DNA of 64,000 nt from NCBI GenBank assembly GCA_965205975.1, contig OZ242195.1:4224001-4288000 (forward strand). Reading direction: 5' to 3'. The translations under genes were made by a program, and so were the position numbers. How positions within the stretch are numbered: position 1 is the stretch's first letter; every line of letters starts with the position of its first letter. The stretch comes from Candidatus Latescibacterota bacterium (GTDB lineage: Bacteria; Latescibacterota; UBA2968). This document shows, piece after piece, positions 1 to 10,174 of the stretch. Under the pieces are notes generated by a model. That model was not told the DNA's origin and did not search any database. It saw nothing but the letters and a program-made list of their open reading frames with translations.

Positions 1-1194
1 GTGAAAAGCCAATACGCCTGCCGCGTATCCAATGAGCCACAGATACAGGATGGCGTGACGATCAAATTGTCGGGCTGCGACGATGAGTCCCACAATGGAT
101 AGGGGAAATAATATCCACAATTCTGTGATTGGAATGCCCAAGAGGGCAGAGAATTTTCTCTGGTAATAAAAATTGTAATTGAGCGGGACTTCGTATCCCG
201 ATGCAAATAGGCGCACTTTTCGCAAGGTTACGGCTATCGCGCCTGCTGGATCGTTTATCCAGAATGCGAGGCCCTTATTAAACCAGAAGGAAGAGACTTC
301 AGATGCTTTCAGAGATCGCCCCAGAGCATTTTCGGCCACGCGGCGCGGTTCTTCCAGATTGCCGTGTGCCCCATCCGGGGTGATCTGTGCATCCATGTCA
401 GCAGGTGCGGAAAACCAGCCCGGCGCATCGGGGTGATTGCCCATGTAAAAGTTGATGCCGCCGTGCGCGGTCATCAGTACCCAGTCGTCTGCGACCAGGC
501 CGTTGCGCAGGCCGCACAGGAGGAGGGGGAGGATGAGTCCCCCGAGGAAGTAACTCGCCAGTCGTATTGAACGTTTTGCTGGTGTTGCTTTGTGGTAGGC
601 CCACCACGCACCGAATAGCAAGAATGGAATTGCAGATAAGATGTTGGGGCGCATGAGTGTTGCCAGTCCAAAGATCAATCCCGTCAGCCCCCAGTGCCAG
701 GGGGTTTTATTCTTACCCGAGATTAGCGTCAATCCTATCAGGCTGAGGAATACAGCACCCGATGTGCCGAGTAGCATGCCTTCGTAAAATAGTTGCGGTC
801 CATAGCTCGCAAATAATAATCCCGCAAATAATCCCGCGTATGCACCAAAATGCCGCGCGCCCAATTGATAGACCAGTATGGCACTGGCACATCCGGCAGC
901 AGCCTGTAAGCCTATTATCAGTTTGGGTGTATGGCCAAAGATCGCATATACAACCGCCATGAGGTATGGATACAGGGGGGGTAGGATGAAGACTTCAGGG
1001 GCACCGAGCCAGTCTCCCGAGGCGATGCGCTGTGCCCAGTCGTCGAATATCCGCGCGTCTGAGATGAGTTTCTGCGAGAACGGGTGATTGGCCCAGAATG
1101 ACCAGAGATAAAAAAGACGGATCACTATCGCAGTCCCGCCCACAATATAGGGAAAATAGTGCGAGATCCGATCTATCTCGTTATTTTTTTTCAT
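1..1194 (-). CDS. GT39/ArnT-like membrane glycosyltransferase, runs off the window start
   Basis: Manually translated open frame from ATG at 1194 (MKKNNEIDRISHYFPYIVGG...DARIFDDWAQRIASGDW...PPLYPY...LMRPN...GGINFYMGN); multi-TM; not in the ORF track. Confidence 0.75.
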   Translation of the reverse strand, partial: MKKNNEIDRISHYFPYIVGGTAIVIRLFYLWSFWANHPFSQKLISDARIFDDWAQRIASGDWLGAPEVFILPPLYPYLMAVVYAIFGHTPKLIIGLQAAAGCASAILVYQLGARHFGAYAGLFAGLLFASYGPQLFYEGMLLGTSGAVFLSLIGLTLISGKNKTPWHWGLTGLIFGLATLMRPNILSAIPFLLFGAWWAYHKATPAKRSIRLASYFLGGLILPLLLCGLRNGLVADDWVLMTAHGGINFYMGNHPDAPGWFSAPADMDAQITPDGAHGNLEEPRRVAENALGRSLKASEVSSFWFNKGLAFWINDPAGAIAVTLRKVRLFASGYEVPLNYNFYYQRKFSALLGIPITELWILFPLSIVGLIVAARQFDRHAILYLWLIGYAAGVLAFH

Positions 1195-1202
1195 AGGTCA
1201 AC

Positions 1203-3149
1203 TCAATCGGAAAATGGGACACCGTGTCCTTGCCCGTAGAACCAGATCATATCGACAAAGAACGAGATGCCCGCGCCCACGTAGTATCCCATGATCAATC
1301 CCAGGAAGAAGGGGCGGGCACTGCGATAGGTTCTGCTGCCGCCAAAACGCAGGATGGCGAATTTGCTCAACCAGCCGAGAAAGATTGGGAAGACGACATG
1401 GGTAACGGGATACGCAGGTCCGGTTGCCAGTCCCAGTGGGTGCAGAGGCCACCAGGTGTAGCGGTAACGCAAGAAGTACAGGAGGGCGGCGAAGGCGATG
1501 CCGCTGGTGAAGAAGGCCATTTTGCGCCAGTCGGGATTGACGGGATCTCTTGCGTATTTGACCACGAAATCCCAGGGTCCGCGCGCCAGGCCTCCGGAGA
1601 TTTGCGATCCGTAATTGCCCGCGCCGCCTTCATACCCCATGGATATGATATACAAACAGGATGCGACAATGCCCACGCCCATTGCCATGCACATGGCCCA
1701 GATGAGTTGTCGTTTGTGGTGCTGAATGGTGTCAAATAGACGGACGGAGTGGGTCAATGCGGGCATGAGCGTTGTTTTCATGTCGCCACACCAGCCGAAT
1801 GACATGCCGAGTGCGACCATGGTTTGTGCAGATAGTCGCGTGGTGCCAAATGTGAACATGATAAATGTTTGCGGTACCATGACGGCGCGGATGGTGATGA
1901 CGCCGGTTTCGGCGATGATGCGCGAGATCCCGATATAGACGACCATCATGACGATGAGGAATACCGCGATTACCCACAGGCCCATGCCCGAGGCGTAAAA
2001 CCAGCAGGCCATGTAGAGCAGCCCGCCCAATAAGCCGAAGACAGCACCCCGATAAGAGAGCAATTCGTCTGAGTCATCGACTTTTGCATCGCCTTTGAAT
2101 GCTTTGCGAAAGACATCGCGCAGGTGTGACCGCGCAATCCAAAGCCCCCAGCCGACTACTGTAAACCACACGCCGATCATTTGCCAGCCTACGGGTACAA
2201 AGGAGGTGCCGCAGAAATTCGCTTCTGAGATTGTGACGCCGAATCGGTTGAATAATCCCTCTTCTATGACCGCGAGGAGGTAGAAAAAGCAGATGCTAAA
2301 CGAGATGTCTAAGTTGATAAAGTAGGCAAATCCCACAATGGGCCAGTAGAGGTTCATGCGAATTGACTGAAAATCTCGCCCAAAGGATATGGCTTCAAAT
2401 CGCCATGGAAATACGGGAAATGTGGGGTTAAAATAGGATACGATGTTCCATAGAATGCCGAAGATCGAAAAGGAAAAACCTATCCAGAAGAGCGGCGAGC
2501 GCATAAATGGGGGCAAGCGGGATGGTGTATCGCCTTCTTCGACCATTGCGAGGGGCAATTCCATGAGGGCGTAGTCGAGTCGCTCGTATTCGATCCATTG
2601 CTTGCGCAGGATTACCGCTGTACACAATAAGACCGCGCAGAGTGCGGCGAGCAGGCTCAACCACCAGAACAGAGGCCCGATCCACACTTCCCATGGAACA
2701 GGTACGTCACGTGGCAGTCCTTCAAAAAACCACGTCAATGCCGGACCGGGTTCAATCACGGCCCAGGATGGCAGATAGTCGTGTGTAAATTCGCCCCATC
2801 GATTTGTCGGGTCGGCGAGGTAATACGGTACGCAAAAGCTGGCGATTAATCGGCTTAAAAAATACGTTGGCAGGGTTGAGGCGATCAGACCCATTGAAAA
2901 GATGACCAGAAGTTCGCCTCGATGGAGTTTGAGATAATGCCGCAAGAATACGACTGTTATTGCAAAGGGGAATACCACGGCGAGGGACAGGTGATTTTGC
3001 GCCAGTCGCGTTGTGTGCAAGATGTGCCGTGCATAAAATCCACCGAGCGCGGCTACGAGTACAAGGATTAGTCCCAGAATGATCGACTTATAGGTCAATG
3101 CGCGTGCGGTGGCGTCTTTTTGTTTGTGTTCTCGAGCGACTTCAGCCAT
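1203..3149 (-). CDS. DUF6785/DUF6784-type polytopic membrane protein (OPT-like putative transporter)
   Basis: 648 aa hydrophobic; LRKQWIEYERLDY, WWPLHPLG and RPFFLGLIMG motifs. Confidence 0.7.
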   Translation of the reverse strand: MAEVAREHKQKDATARALTYKSIILGLILVLVAALGGFYARHILHTTRLAQNHLSLAVVFPFAITVVFLRHYLKLHRGELLVIFSMGLIASTLPTYFLSRLIASFCVPYYLADPTNRWGEFTHDYLPSWAVIEPGPALTWFFEGLPRDVPVPWEVWIGPLFWWLSLLAALCAVLLCTAVILRKQWIEYERLDYALMELPLAMVEEGDTPSRLPPFMRSPLFWIGFSFSIFGILWNIVSYFNPTFPVFPWRFEAISFGRDFQSIRMNLYWPIVGFAYFINLDISFSICFFYLLAVIEEGLFNRFGVTISEANFCGTSFVPVGWQMIGVWFTVVGWGLWIARSHLRDVFRKAFKGDAKVDDSDELLSYRGAVFGLLGGLLYMACWFYASGMGLWVIAVFLIVMMVVYIGISRIIAETGVITIRAVMVPQTFIMFTFGTTRLSAQTMVALGMSFGWCGDMKTTLMPALTHSVRLFDTIQHHKRQLIWAMCMAMGVGIVASCLYIISMGYEGGAGNYGSQISGGLARGPWDFVVKYARDPVNPDWRKMAFFTSGIAFAALLYFLRYRYTWWPLHPLGLATGPAYPVTHVVFPIFLGWLSKFAILRFGGSRTYRSARPFFLGLIMGYYVGAGISFFVDMIWFYGQGHGVPFSD

Positions 3150-3192
3150 AACTTTATATAGGTCTGCGAATTGAGGCTGTCAAGGGAGAATG

Positions 3193-3224
3193 AAAAAGCA
3201 CGCTCTATTTAGAGCGTGCTTTTT
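3193..3224. terminator. Bidirectional intrinsic terminator
   Basis: AAAAAGCACGCTCT-ATTT-AGAGCGTGCTTTTT perfect hairpin downstream of 3284..4036(-). Confidence 0.85.
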
Positions 3225-3283
3225 AAATCCAGTACCTGATATTTAAGACAGCTTCTTACAGTCAGCAGCTTCGGCGTATTCCT

Positions 3284-4036
3284 CTACGGGTTGTTGCCAA
3301 AGGCATCGACAAAGGCAAGAAAATCCACAAAATTAATGATACCATCGCCGTTCACATCCATGTGCGCGTCGAAATTGGTGTCTGATATCGACAATCCAAA
3401 GACGCCAACAAAGGCGAGAAAATCGGTAAAGTCAACGTCGAAATCGCCATCGAAATCGCCATTAAAATCACTCGGTTCAAAAGTACCGATAAAAGAGATT
3501 GCGGCTTCAGATATATCTAAATAGTCGAGTTCACCACTGAGGCCGGCCATCACAATGGTTTTGACAGTAAGAGTTGTCTCTTCTTCGAGAGGTTTGATGA
3601 CCTCCAGGTTAATTTGACCGAGATAGCCGTTTTCTGGCACTGTGGGGATGGAAAGAATTAGTGCGGCTATACGGGGGCGGCCAGGTGTACGGCGCAGTGA
3701 CTTTCCAGTAAAGCCCTTTCCCGATATGTTCCCGATATGATCGAAAAATGCCTTGTCGTCAGACAGGGCAAGTTCCATCTCATAGCCGTATGTTCGCTGG
3801 TCTGCGGTCGTGGGTGCAAAGAGTTGAAATTGTATTGTATCGCCAGGTCTCTTTTTGGGAATGGTCAATGTGTTGTTCAATACAGGGGGCGTTTCAACCT
3901 CGGTATCGAGAAAAAGCCGCATGCCTGCAAATTCACCGCCCGAGGACTCATTAAACGGCGTAATAATGCTTGTCGTCAGAGCAGTAATAAACAGTAGAAC
4001 GCCCTTGACTCTTGTGACTATCTTGCCTATTGTCAT
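3284..4036 (-). CDS. Exported protein with C-terminal dockerin/EF-hand-like Ca-binding repeats
   Basis: DFDGDFDVDFTDFLAF and DVNGDGIINFVDFLAF; start at MTIGKIV after GGGAG is inferred. Confidence 0.7.
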   Translation of the reverse strand: MTIGKIVTRVKGVLLFITALTTSIITPFNESSGGEFAGMRLFLDTEVETPPVLNNTLTIPKKRPGDTIQFQLFAPTTADQRTYGYEMELALSDDKAFFDHIGNISGKGFTGKSLRRTPGRPRIAALILSIPTVPENGYLGQINLEVIKPLEEETTLTVKTIVMAGLSGELDYLDISEAAISFIGTFEPSDFNGDFDGDFDVDFTDFLAFVGVFGLSISDTNFDAHMDVNGDGIINFVDFLAFVDAFGNNP

Positions 4037-4327
4037 TTCATCTCTCCCGTTAAAGAGATACTTTTCTGAGGGTCGTGTCTTTGCCGAGACACGACCCTCG
4101 CTATTTAGAATGCAAAATAAGAAATTCAAAGTCAAATAGATTTATTCATAAGTTCCCCTGTTTTTTTCAGCCATACTATAAATATAAGTGGGTACTTACT
4201 AATATAAGATATTAACAAACATTCGCAATTCTTTTTTGCCTGATATTCCCGAAAGCGAGCGGTGGGTGTATTGGGCTTGATGAGTTTGCCGATTCGGTGT
4301 ACCTTCGGAGTGGATAGACGGAACTCC

Positions 4328-4354
4328 GGGCGGGCACGGGGGCACCGCCCCTAC
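4328..4354 (-). repeat. GTAG-tagged REP-like palindrome
   Basis: Minus strand GTAG-GGGCGGTGCCCCCGTGCCCGCCC; related copies at 21984-22075 and 29543-29566. Confidence 0.7.
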
Positions 4355-4380
4355 ATTGTATGGATGAATTTTGATAGCTT

Positions 4381-6768
4381 ATGAAAAACGAAAGATCAAT
4401 CGCAGCTTATACGGGTCTTTTTTTAATCGCTTTGGCGTCGCTGGCGATCCAGATTGTTCTGGTGCGTCTGCTGAGTGTTATTACCTGGTACCATCTGGCA
4501 TTTTTTTCGATTTCCATTGCCATGCTGGGTATGACTGCGGGGGCTATCCAAGTCTATGTACAAAAAGAGCGCTTTGACGATGAGAATAAGATCGAAGCGA
4601 TTACTCGCGCATGTGCCGGGTTTGCGCTGTCTATTCCCGCGTCTCTGATCCTTTTGTGCGTTCTGCCCATCGGCTTTTACAGAAGTATTCTGAGTCTGAT
4701 CGTGCTTTTTGTCGCAACGCTGGTCTGCGCCTGGCCGTTTTATTATGCGGGGCTTGTTATCACGACTGTGTTGACGCGGTTCAATGCGCCGATTGGCAGG
4801 CTTTATGCCAGTGATTTGACAGGTGCTTCTGCTGGATGTCTGATTGTTTTGGGAGGTCTCGAAATAGTTGATGCGCCGAGTCTCATGTTGTGGTGCAGTG
4901 GCATTGGTGCGCTATCTGGTGCGTGTTTTGCCCGTCTTGCACAATCCTGTTCTGTGCGTCGTTATACCGCGTTTGCCCTGTTGTTTTTTGTGTTGGGGGT
5001 TGTCAATGCCCAAACTCCGTATGGCATTCGTCCCATGTTTGTGAAGGAGAAGTTTCAAAGGCTCAGCGAACAGATTTCAGAACGGTGGAATTCTTTTTCG
5101 CGCGTTGTTGTTTATCGCCGACAATATTTGCCTCCGCAACTCTGGGGGGGTAGTCCTGTAGCACGGGGAGAAAATATCTTTTTTCACGGGATGACGATTG
5201 ACGGTGCAGCGGGCACAGCTATTAGATCTTTTGCTTCGCCCAAAGATATTGAGCATCTGCGTTATGATATCACAAATGTGGGGTATTATCTCAATAGACG
5301 GGGCAAAGCGTGTATTATTGGTGTGGGTGGGGGGAAAGATATCCAGAGTGCGCTATTTTTTGGTCACGATGCGGTTTTGGGTATTGAGGTCAATCCGATT
5401 TTTGTCGATTTGCTCCAGAATGAGTTTCGCGAGTTTGCTGGGCTTGCCGACCGGGATGACGTGACGTTTGTGGTGGATGATGCGCGCAGTTTTTTGTCGC
5501 AAAGTCGCGAGCAATTTTCCGTTATTCAGATGGCGTTGATCGATACCTGGGCAGCGACGGGCGCGGGCGCATTTTCTCTGTCTGAAAATGCGCTCTATAC
5601 TGTTGAGGCCTGGCAGACATTTCTCAGCCGTCTGTCAGAAGACGGTATTTTTACGGTGTCGCGGTGGTATAGTGCCGAACATATTGGGGAAACTGGTCGG
5701 GTGTTGAGTTTGGGCGTTGAATCGCTTTTGCGGCTGGGTGTAAAAAAACCGGCGGACCACATGGCGCTGATCACAATTGGCAATGTTTCGACTTTGCTGA
5801 TTTGCCGGCAGCCGCTGAGTGAGGGGGATATTAACCGGTTGAGACAGGTGTGCGAGGAGTTGCAATATCAGATTGTTCATGTGCCCAATAGTTTGCCCAC
5901 CGAACCGATATTGAGACAGATTTTATCTGCCCAATCCACAGATCAACTCGCAGAGGCAGTGGCTCAGGCTGAATTGGACTACAGCCCGCCGACAGATGAC
6001 AATCCTTATTTTTTTAATATGTTGAAGCTGAGCCATCTGGATACGGCACTGCGAGGTCAAGAGGGTGTTCTCAGTGGGAATTTGAGAGCACTGGCTACGC
6101 TTCTGGTGCTTTTGGTTGTGCTCGGAGTGCTCGCTGTTGCGACGATTGGGCTGCCTTTGTGGCTTGCCCATAGACCCATAACGTTGATGCGAACACGCGG
6201 TTTCTGGTTCGGGGCACTGTATTTTTCTCTTATTGGTTCGGCTTTTATGTTTGTGGAGATTGCACTGATTCAACGGCTCAACGTATTTACTGGACATCCC
6301 ATCTATTCGCTGGGTATATTGCTGTTTACGCTTATTGCAAGTACGGGTATGGGCAGTTTTGTAAGCGATCATCTTCCGCTCACGCGAAGGCCGTGGGTTT
6401 ATGTTTTTCCCATCATAACGGCGGTGGGTGTTGTTGCTCTCAATACGGTTCTCCACTATTTGCTGTCTCACATGATGGCTGAGGATACGACGACAAAAAT
6501 ACTGATGTCAGTTCTGGTCATTTTTCCTGTGGGCATGCTTATGGGGCTGTTTTTTCCGACGGGTATGCGTCTGGTTCAGTCCTCTTATGAAAACGAAACC
6601 CCGTGGTTCTGGTCACTGAATGGGATTATGGGTGTGCTGTGTTCTGCCCTGGCGGTGTTTGTTTCTATTATGTTTGGGATATCTACCAATTTTTATATTG
6701 CCGCTGTGGCTTACGCGTTTGTTTTGTGGTGTGTTTGGAATTTGTGTCGGAAACGCGCAGTAACGTGA
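4381..6768 (+). CDS. Membrane-embedded spermidine-synthase-like class I SAM methyltransferase
   Basis: N- and C-terminal TM blocks around IIGVGGGKD, GIEVNP, DDARSF, LYTVEA and PTDDNPYF. Confidence 0.75.
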   Translation: MKNERSIAAYTGLFLIALASLAIQIVLVRLLSVITWYHLAFFSISIAMLGMTAGAIQVYVQKERFDDENKIEAITRACAGFALSIPASLILLCVLPIGFYRSILSLIVLFVATLVCAWPFYYAGLVITTVLTRFNAPIGRLYASDLTGASAGCLIVLGGLEIVDAPSLMLWCSGIGALSGACFARLAQSCSVRRYTAFALLFFVLGVVNAQTPYGIRPMFVKEKFQRLSEQISERWNSFSRVVVYRRQYLPPQLWGGSPVARGENIFFHGMTIDGAAGTAIRSFASPKDIEHLRYDITNVGYYLNRRGKACIIGVGGGKDIQSALFFGHDAVLGIEVNPIFVDLLQNEFREFAGLADRDDVTFVVDDARSFLSQSREQFSVIQMALIDTWAATGAGAFSLSENALYTVEAWQTFLSRLSEDGIFTVSRWYSAEHIGETGRVLSLGVESLLRLGVKKPADHMALITIGNVSTLLICRQPLSEGDINRLRQVCEELQYQIVHVPNSLPTEPILRQILSAQSTDQLAEAVAQAELDYSPPTDDNPYFFNMLKLSHLDTALRGQEGVLSGNLRALATLLVLLVVLGVLAVATIGLPLWLAHRPITLMRTRGFWFGALYFSLIGSAFMFVEIALIQRLNVFTGHPIYSLGILLFTLIASTGMGSFVSDHLPLTRRPWVYVFPIITAVGVVALNTVLHYLLSHMMAEDTTTKILMSVLVIFPVGMLMGLFFPTGMRLVQSSYENETPWFWSLNGIMGVLCSALAVFVSIMFGISTNFYIAAVAYAFVLWCVWNLCRKRAVT

Positions 6769-6779
6769 AAGGATTTTTT

Positions 6780-7079
6780 ATGATAGATCATATCGTTCTT
6801 CTCAAGCTAAAAGATGGGGTTACGCGGGAACAGACTCAGGCACTCCACGAAGGTCTGTTTGCGCTAAAAGAAAAGGGTAGTATTCCCGGTATGGAGGAGA
6901 TTACTGCGGGATATAATAATAGTCCAGAGGGTAAAAATTACGGCTATGACTGGGGGTTTATTATTCGGTTTGCGGATGAGGCTGCGCGAGATTTCTATTT
7001 GCCGCATCCGGATCACAGGGCGCTCAGCCAGACTTTTATACGTCCGATTGTCGATGATGTGCTCGTGTTTGATGTATGA
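6780..7079 (+). CDS. Dabb (stress-responsive A/B barrel) protein
   Basis: MIDHIVLLKLK...IPGM...YLPHPDH...VLVFD. Confidence 0.85.
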   Translation: MIDHIVLLKLKDGVTREQTQALHEGLFALKEKGSIPGMEEITAGYNNSPEGKNYGYDWGFIIRFADEAARDFYLPHPDHRALSQTFIRPIVDDVLVFDV

Positions 7080-7106
7080 GATGTGAAAAGGGAAAGGAAT
7101 CCGCGA

Positions 7107-7397
7107 ATGCCTGAAACACAACTGAGGCAAAAGTTGCTCTTTCTCTATCTGGGCAATTCCAGTTTGGAGAGTGAAGTTGTTGGTTGGTCGTATTACGATG
7201 GGACGACTGATGAGATGTTTGAAGCTGCAGGTGAAGATGCCGAGTCGCCTTATAATTCTGTGCTGGATGCCATGCGCGATGGCTGGCGCGTTATTCAGGT
7301 GCCTTTTATCAAAGCACCGCAAGTTGGGCGCGAATACGAAAACGATTATCTCGATTTTGAATTTGTCCTGGAAAAAATGGAGGCGATAAATGGATAA
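7107..7397 (+). CDS. Small hypothetical protein
   Basis: AAAGGA RBS; PYNSVLDAMRDGWRVIQ...FEFVLEK; overlaps the next gene. Confidence 0.7.
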   Translation: MPETQLRQKLLFLYLGNSSLESEVVGWSYYDGTTDEMFEAAGEDAESPYNSVLDAMRDGWRVIQVPFIKAPQVGREYENDYLDFEFVLEKMEAING

Positions 7398-8208
7398 GAA
7401 TCTTTTGCTCACGTCTGTGGAAATGGCGCAGTTCGCAAGCACGGGTTTTTTGCGTTTTGACAATCTGGTGCCGCGGGAACTCTGCGAAGCCGCATACGAA
7501 GAGATGAGTGCGGGCAAGATTAGACGCCGTGCTCCGATGGGCGCGTCTTTTAACGAGGTTTGGCCCGATGAAGCTATTGGCAAGGTTTTTCGCCTGCCCA
7601 AAGTGGCGGCGATTATTCACAGTCTGGTGGGTCCCAATCCGCGATACGATCATCACGCGGCGCATCTTACGCCGGCAAATACGCGCAAGGGTGCCAATTT
7701 GCATCAGGATGCCGAATACGATATTCGCGATTTGCATTTCGACATTCAAATTTCCTTTTTTCCAGAAGATACACCGCTGGAAAGCGGGGGTACGCTTTTT
7801 GTGCCGGGCACGCAATTTCGCCGGGTTCACGAAGCCGAGATCAAACGCTATCAAAATATCATAGGACAGGTACAGGCGGTTTGCGAGGCGGGGACGATGT
7901 TTTTCTGGCATACCAATATATGGCATTCGGCGAGGAGCAATTTTACCGATAGAGATCGGTATATGTTTAAGCTCCGCCTCAATCCCACGGTTCGCCAACA
8001 GCGCCTGTGGAATACCGACGATCTCGATAGTGCCGAGGTTAAACAGAAACTCAATCAGAAGATTCCCTGGCATGGGCAACGCCATCGCATTGAACTTATG
8101 AATCGCATTAAGTTCTGGCGTTTTCTCACTGGCGATCCCACTTTTGATATCTCTCTCTGGTGGGGGCGCGTTGAAAATACGCCGGATCTTATTGTTCCGG
8201 GAGGTTGA
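7390..8208 (+). CDS. Phytanoyl-CoA dioxygenase family (Fe/2OG) protein
   Basis: LHQD (HxD), GGTLFVPGT, IWHS, DRYMFK. Confidence 0.85.
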   Translation: MDKNLLLTSVEMAQFASTGFLRFDNLVPRELCEAAYEEMSAGKIRRRAPMGASFNEVWPDEAIGKVFRLPKVAAIIHSLVGPNPRYDHHAAHLTPANTRKGANLHQDAEYDIRDLHFDIQISFFPEDTPLESGGTLFVPGTQFRRVHEAEIKRYQNIIGQVQAVCEAGTMFFWHTNIWHSARSNFTDRDRYMFKLRLNPTVRQQRLWNTDDLDSAEVKQKLNQKIPWHGQRHRIELMNRIKFWRFLTGDPTFDISLWWGRVENTPDLIVPGG

Positions 8209-8210
8209 TG

Positions 8211-9098
8211 ATGCACTTATCTATGCACAATTGGATGCGCTCGGAGTCTCTCGAAGTTACGCTTGAGAGGTTGGCAAAATTTGGGTACGAGAGTATTGAG
8301 CTTAGCGGTGAACCCGAGCGGTATGATACGTCAGAAGTGCGTGCTTTGCTCAATGAGTACAATATCCGCTGCTGGGGGGCGGTGACGTTGATGATGGGTG
8401 ACCGCAATATGCTGGCCAAAGATGCGGGAATTCGGGCACAATCCGTGCAGTACGTCAAGGACTGTGTTACGATGGTTAAGGAACTCGATGGGTACGAGCT
8501 GACTGTGGTGCCGGCTACTGTGGGAAAAATCGAACCGGATGCCACGCCTGATGAGGAATGGCAATGGGCTGTGGCGGGCATGCAGGAGGTTTACGATCAT
8601 TCCGAAAGAGAGGGGGTTCGCCTGGCGATTGAACCCATCAATCGGTTTGAGACGTATTTTATTACCCGGGGTGCTCAGGCGCTTGCCCTATCAGAGGCGA
8701 CGGGTGCGAATTGCGGGGTGTGTTTAGATGCTTTTCATATCAATATCGAAGAGGTGGATCCGTATCAGGCTATCCGGGATGCCGGCGACCGGCTCGTGGA
8801 TTTTCATGTGGCGGATAACAATCGCATGGCGTGTGGTCTGGGGAACTGGGATTGGGCAAAATTGGTCGCGACGCTCAAAGAGGTGGGTTATGATGGCGCG
8901 CTGACGGTGGAGTTTGTCGCGCCGATTGATCGGACGCCTGCAAATGAGTATCCCAATGCGGTGGAGACCAATCCCGTTGATATTACACCCGAGGAACTCA
9001 AATTTATTCAGGATCACGGGAGCAGTCTGTTGAGTGAGGAATTTTACACTTTTCTGGTGGAGAAAACCGCTGAGACGTTGTTGCCGCTGATTGGATAG
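8211..9098 (+). CDS. Sugar phosphate isomerase/epimerase (TIM barrel, tagatose epimerase-like)
   Basis: IEPINRFET, LDAFH, FHVADNNR, LTVEF. Confidence 0.85.
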   Translation: MHLSMHNWMRSESLEVTLERLAKFGYESIELSGEPERYDTSEVRALLNEYNIRCWGAVTLMMGDRNMLAKDAGIRAQSVQYVKDCVTMVKELDGYELTVVPATVGKIEPDATPDEEWQWAVAGMQEVYDHSEREGVRLAIEPINRFETYFITRGAQALALSEATGANCGVCLDAFHINIEEVDPYQAIRDAGDRLVDFHVADNNRMACGLGNWDWAKLVATLKEVGYDGALTVEFVAPIDRTPANEYPNAVETNPVDITPEELKFIQDHGSSLLSEEFYTFLVEKTAETLLPLIG

Positions 9099-9179
9099 GG
9101 AAATCAAAAGCATCCGCAGATGGCACAGATAGAAAGCAAGGAGAAGGCAGCAGTTCATTGACAAATTTCAGAGGGAGAT

Positions 9180-10169
9180 ATGGCTCAAAAGATTCTTATT
9201 ACAGATAAATTGCAGGGTCCCGAGTTTGCATCTGAGGAGCGGACAAAGGCGATTGACAGGTTGCGCGAATACGCGGAGGTGGAATTTTACGATGAGACCG
9301 AATTTGGTGCCGAACACGCCGAGGGTGTGGTGGGTGTTTTGGCGGATTCGGTTGTGTTCTCGCCCGAGTTTTACGCGACGGCGCGCGATTTGCGCATTGT
9401 TGCGCGCTGGGGTGTGGGGTTTGAAAAGGTGGATGTGCCGCGCGCGACCGATTGCGGTGTTCTCGTCACGGTTGCTCCCGTGCATATGGTTACGGTTGCC
9501 GAGTTTGCGATCGCGCAGTGGATGGCCGCGCTGAAGCGCGTTTATACGCTGAACCGAAATAGCCATGCGGGGAATTTTGAGATTATCAGGACTTATGACG
9601 CGGAAGGTTCTACGCTGGGTATTTGGGGTTTGGGGCGGATCGGTCAGGCGATGGCGGAGCGCGCGCGTCCGCTTTTGGGCGATTCTGGGCGTTTGCTGGT
9701 CTATGATATCCGTCCCGATATTGACGAGGTCGCCGCGCAGTACGATGCCGAGGTGGTCGATGATCCCCGCACCCTTTTTGAGGAGTGCGATGCGATTTCT
9801 CTGCATCTTTCGGGCGATGATACGGTTGTGACCTACGATTTGCTCTGTGCGATGAAACCCCATGCTTCAGTGATCAATCCCTCGCGCGGCAATCTGGTGG
9901 ATGACGAAGCGGTGAACCGGGCGATTAAAGAAGAGCGGCTCTATTATTATCTCGTTGATGATCCGGTTAATCAGACCCGCGCGATTCACAAGGACCATCC
10001 CCGCATTATCTGTACCAATCACAACGCGGGCATTACTGTGGAATCCGCTATTCGGCTTGATGAGTGTTGTGTGGAGCAAATTATTGACGCGCTTGAAGGT
10101 CGCACGCCCAGAGATGTGCTCAATACCAATGTGCTCGATCACCCGCGGGTTCAGGGGTTTTTGAAGTGA
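9180..10169 (+). CDS. D-isomer-specific 2-hydroxyacid dehydrogenase
   Basis: RWGVGFEKVD, GIWGLGRIG, INPSRG, TNHNAG. Confidence 0.85.
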   Translation: MAQKILITDKLQGPEFASEERTKAIDRLREYAEVEFYDETEFGAEHAEGVVGVLADSVVFSPEFYATARDLRIVARWGVGFEKVDVPRATDCGVLVTVAPVHMVTVAEFAIAQWMAALKRVYTLNRNSHAGNFEIIRTYDAEGSTLGIWGLGRIGQAMAERARPLLGDSGRLLVYDIRPDIDEVAAQYDAEVVDDPRTLFEECDAISLHLSGDDTVVTYDLLCAMKPHASVINPSRGNLVDDEAVNRAIKEERLYYYLVDDPVNQTRAIHKDHPRIICTNHNAGITVESAIRLDECCVEQIIDALEGRTPRDVLNTNVLDHPRVQGFLK

Positions 10170-10174
10170 GATCA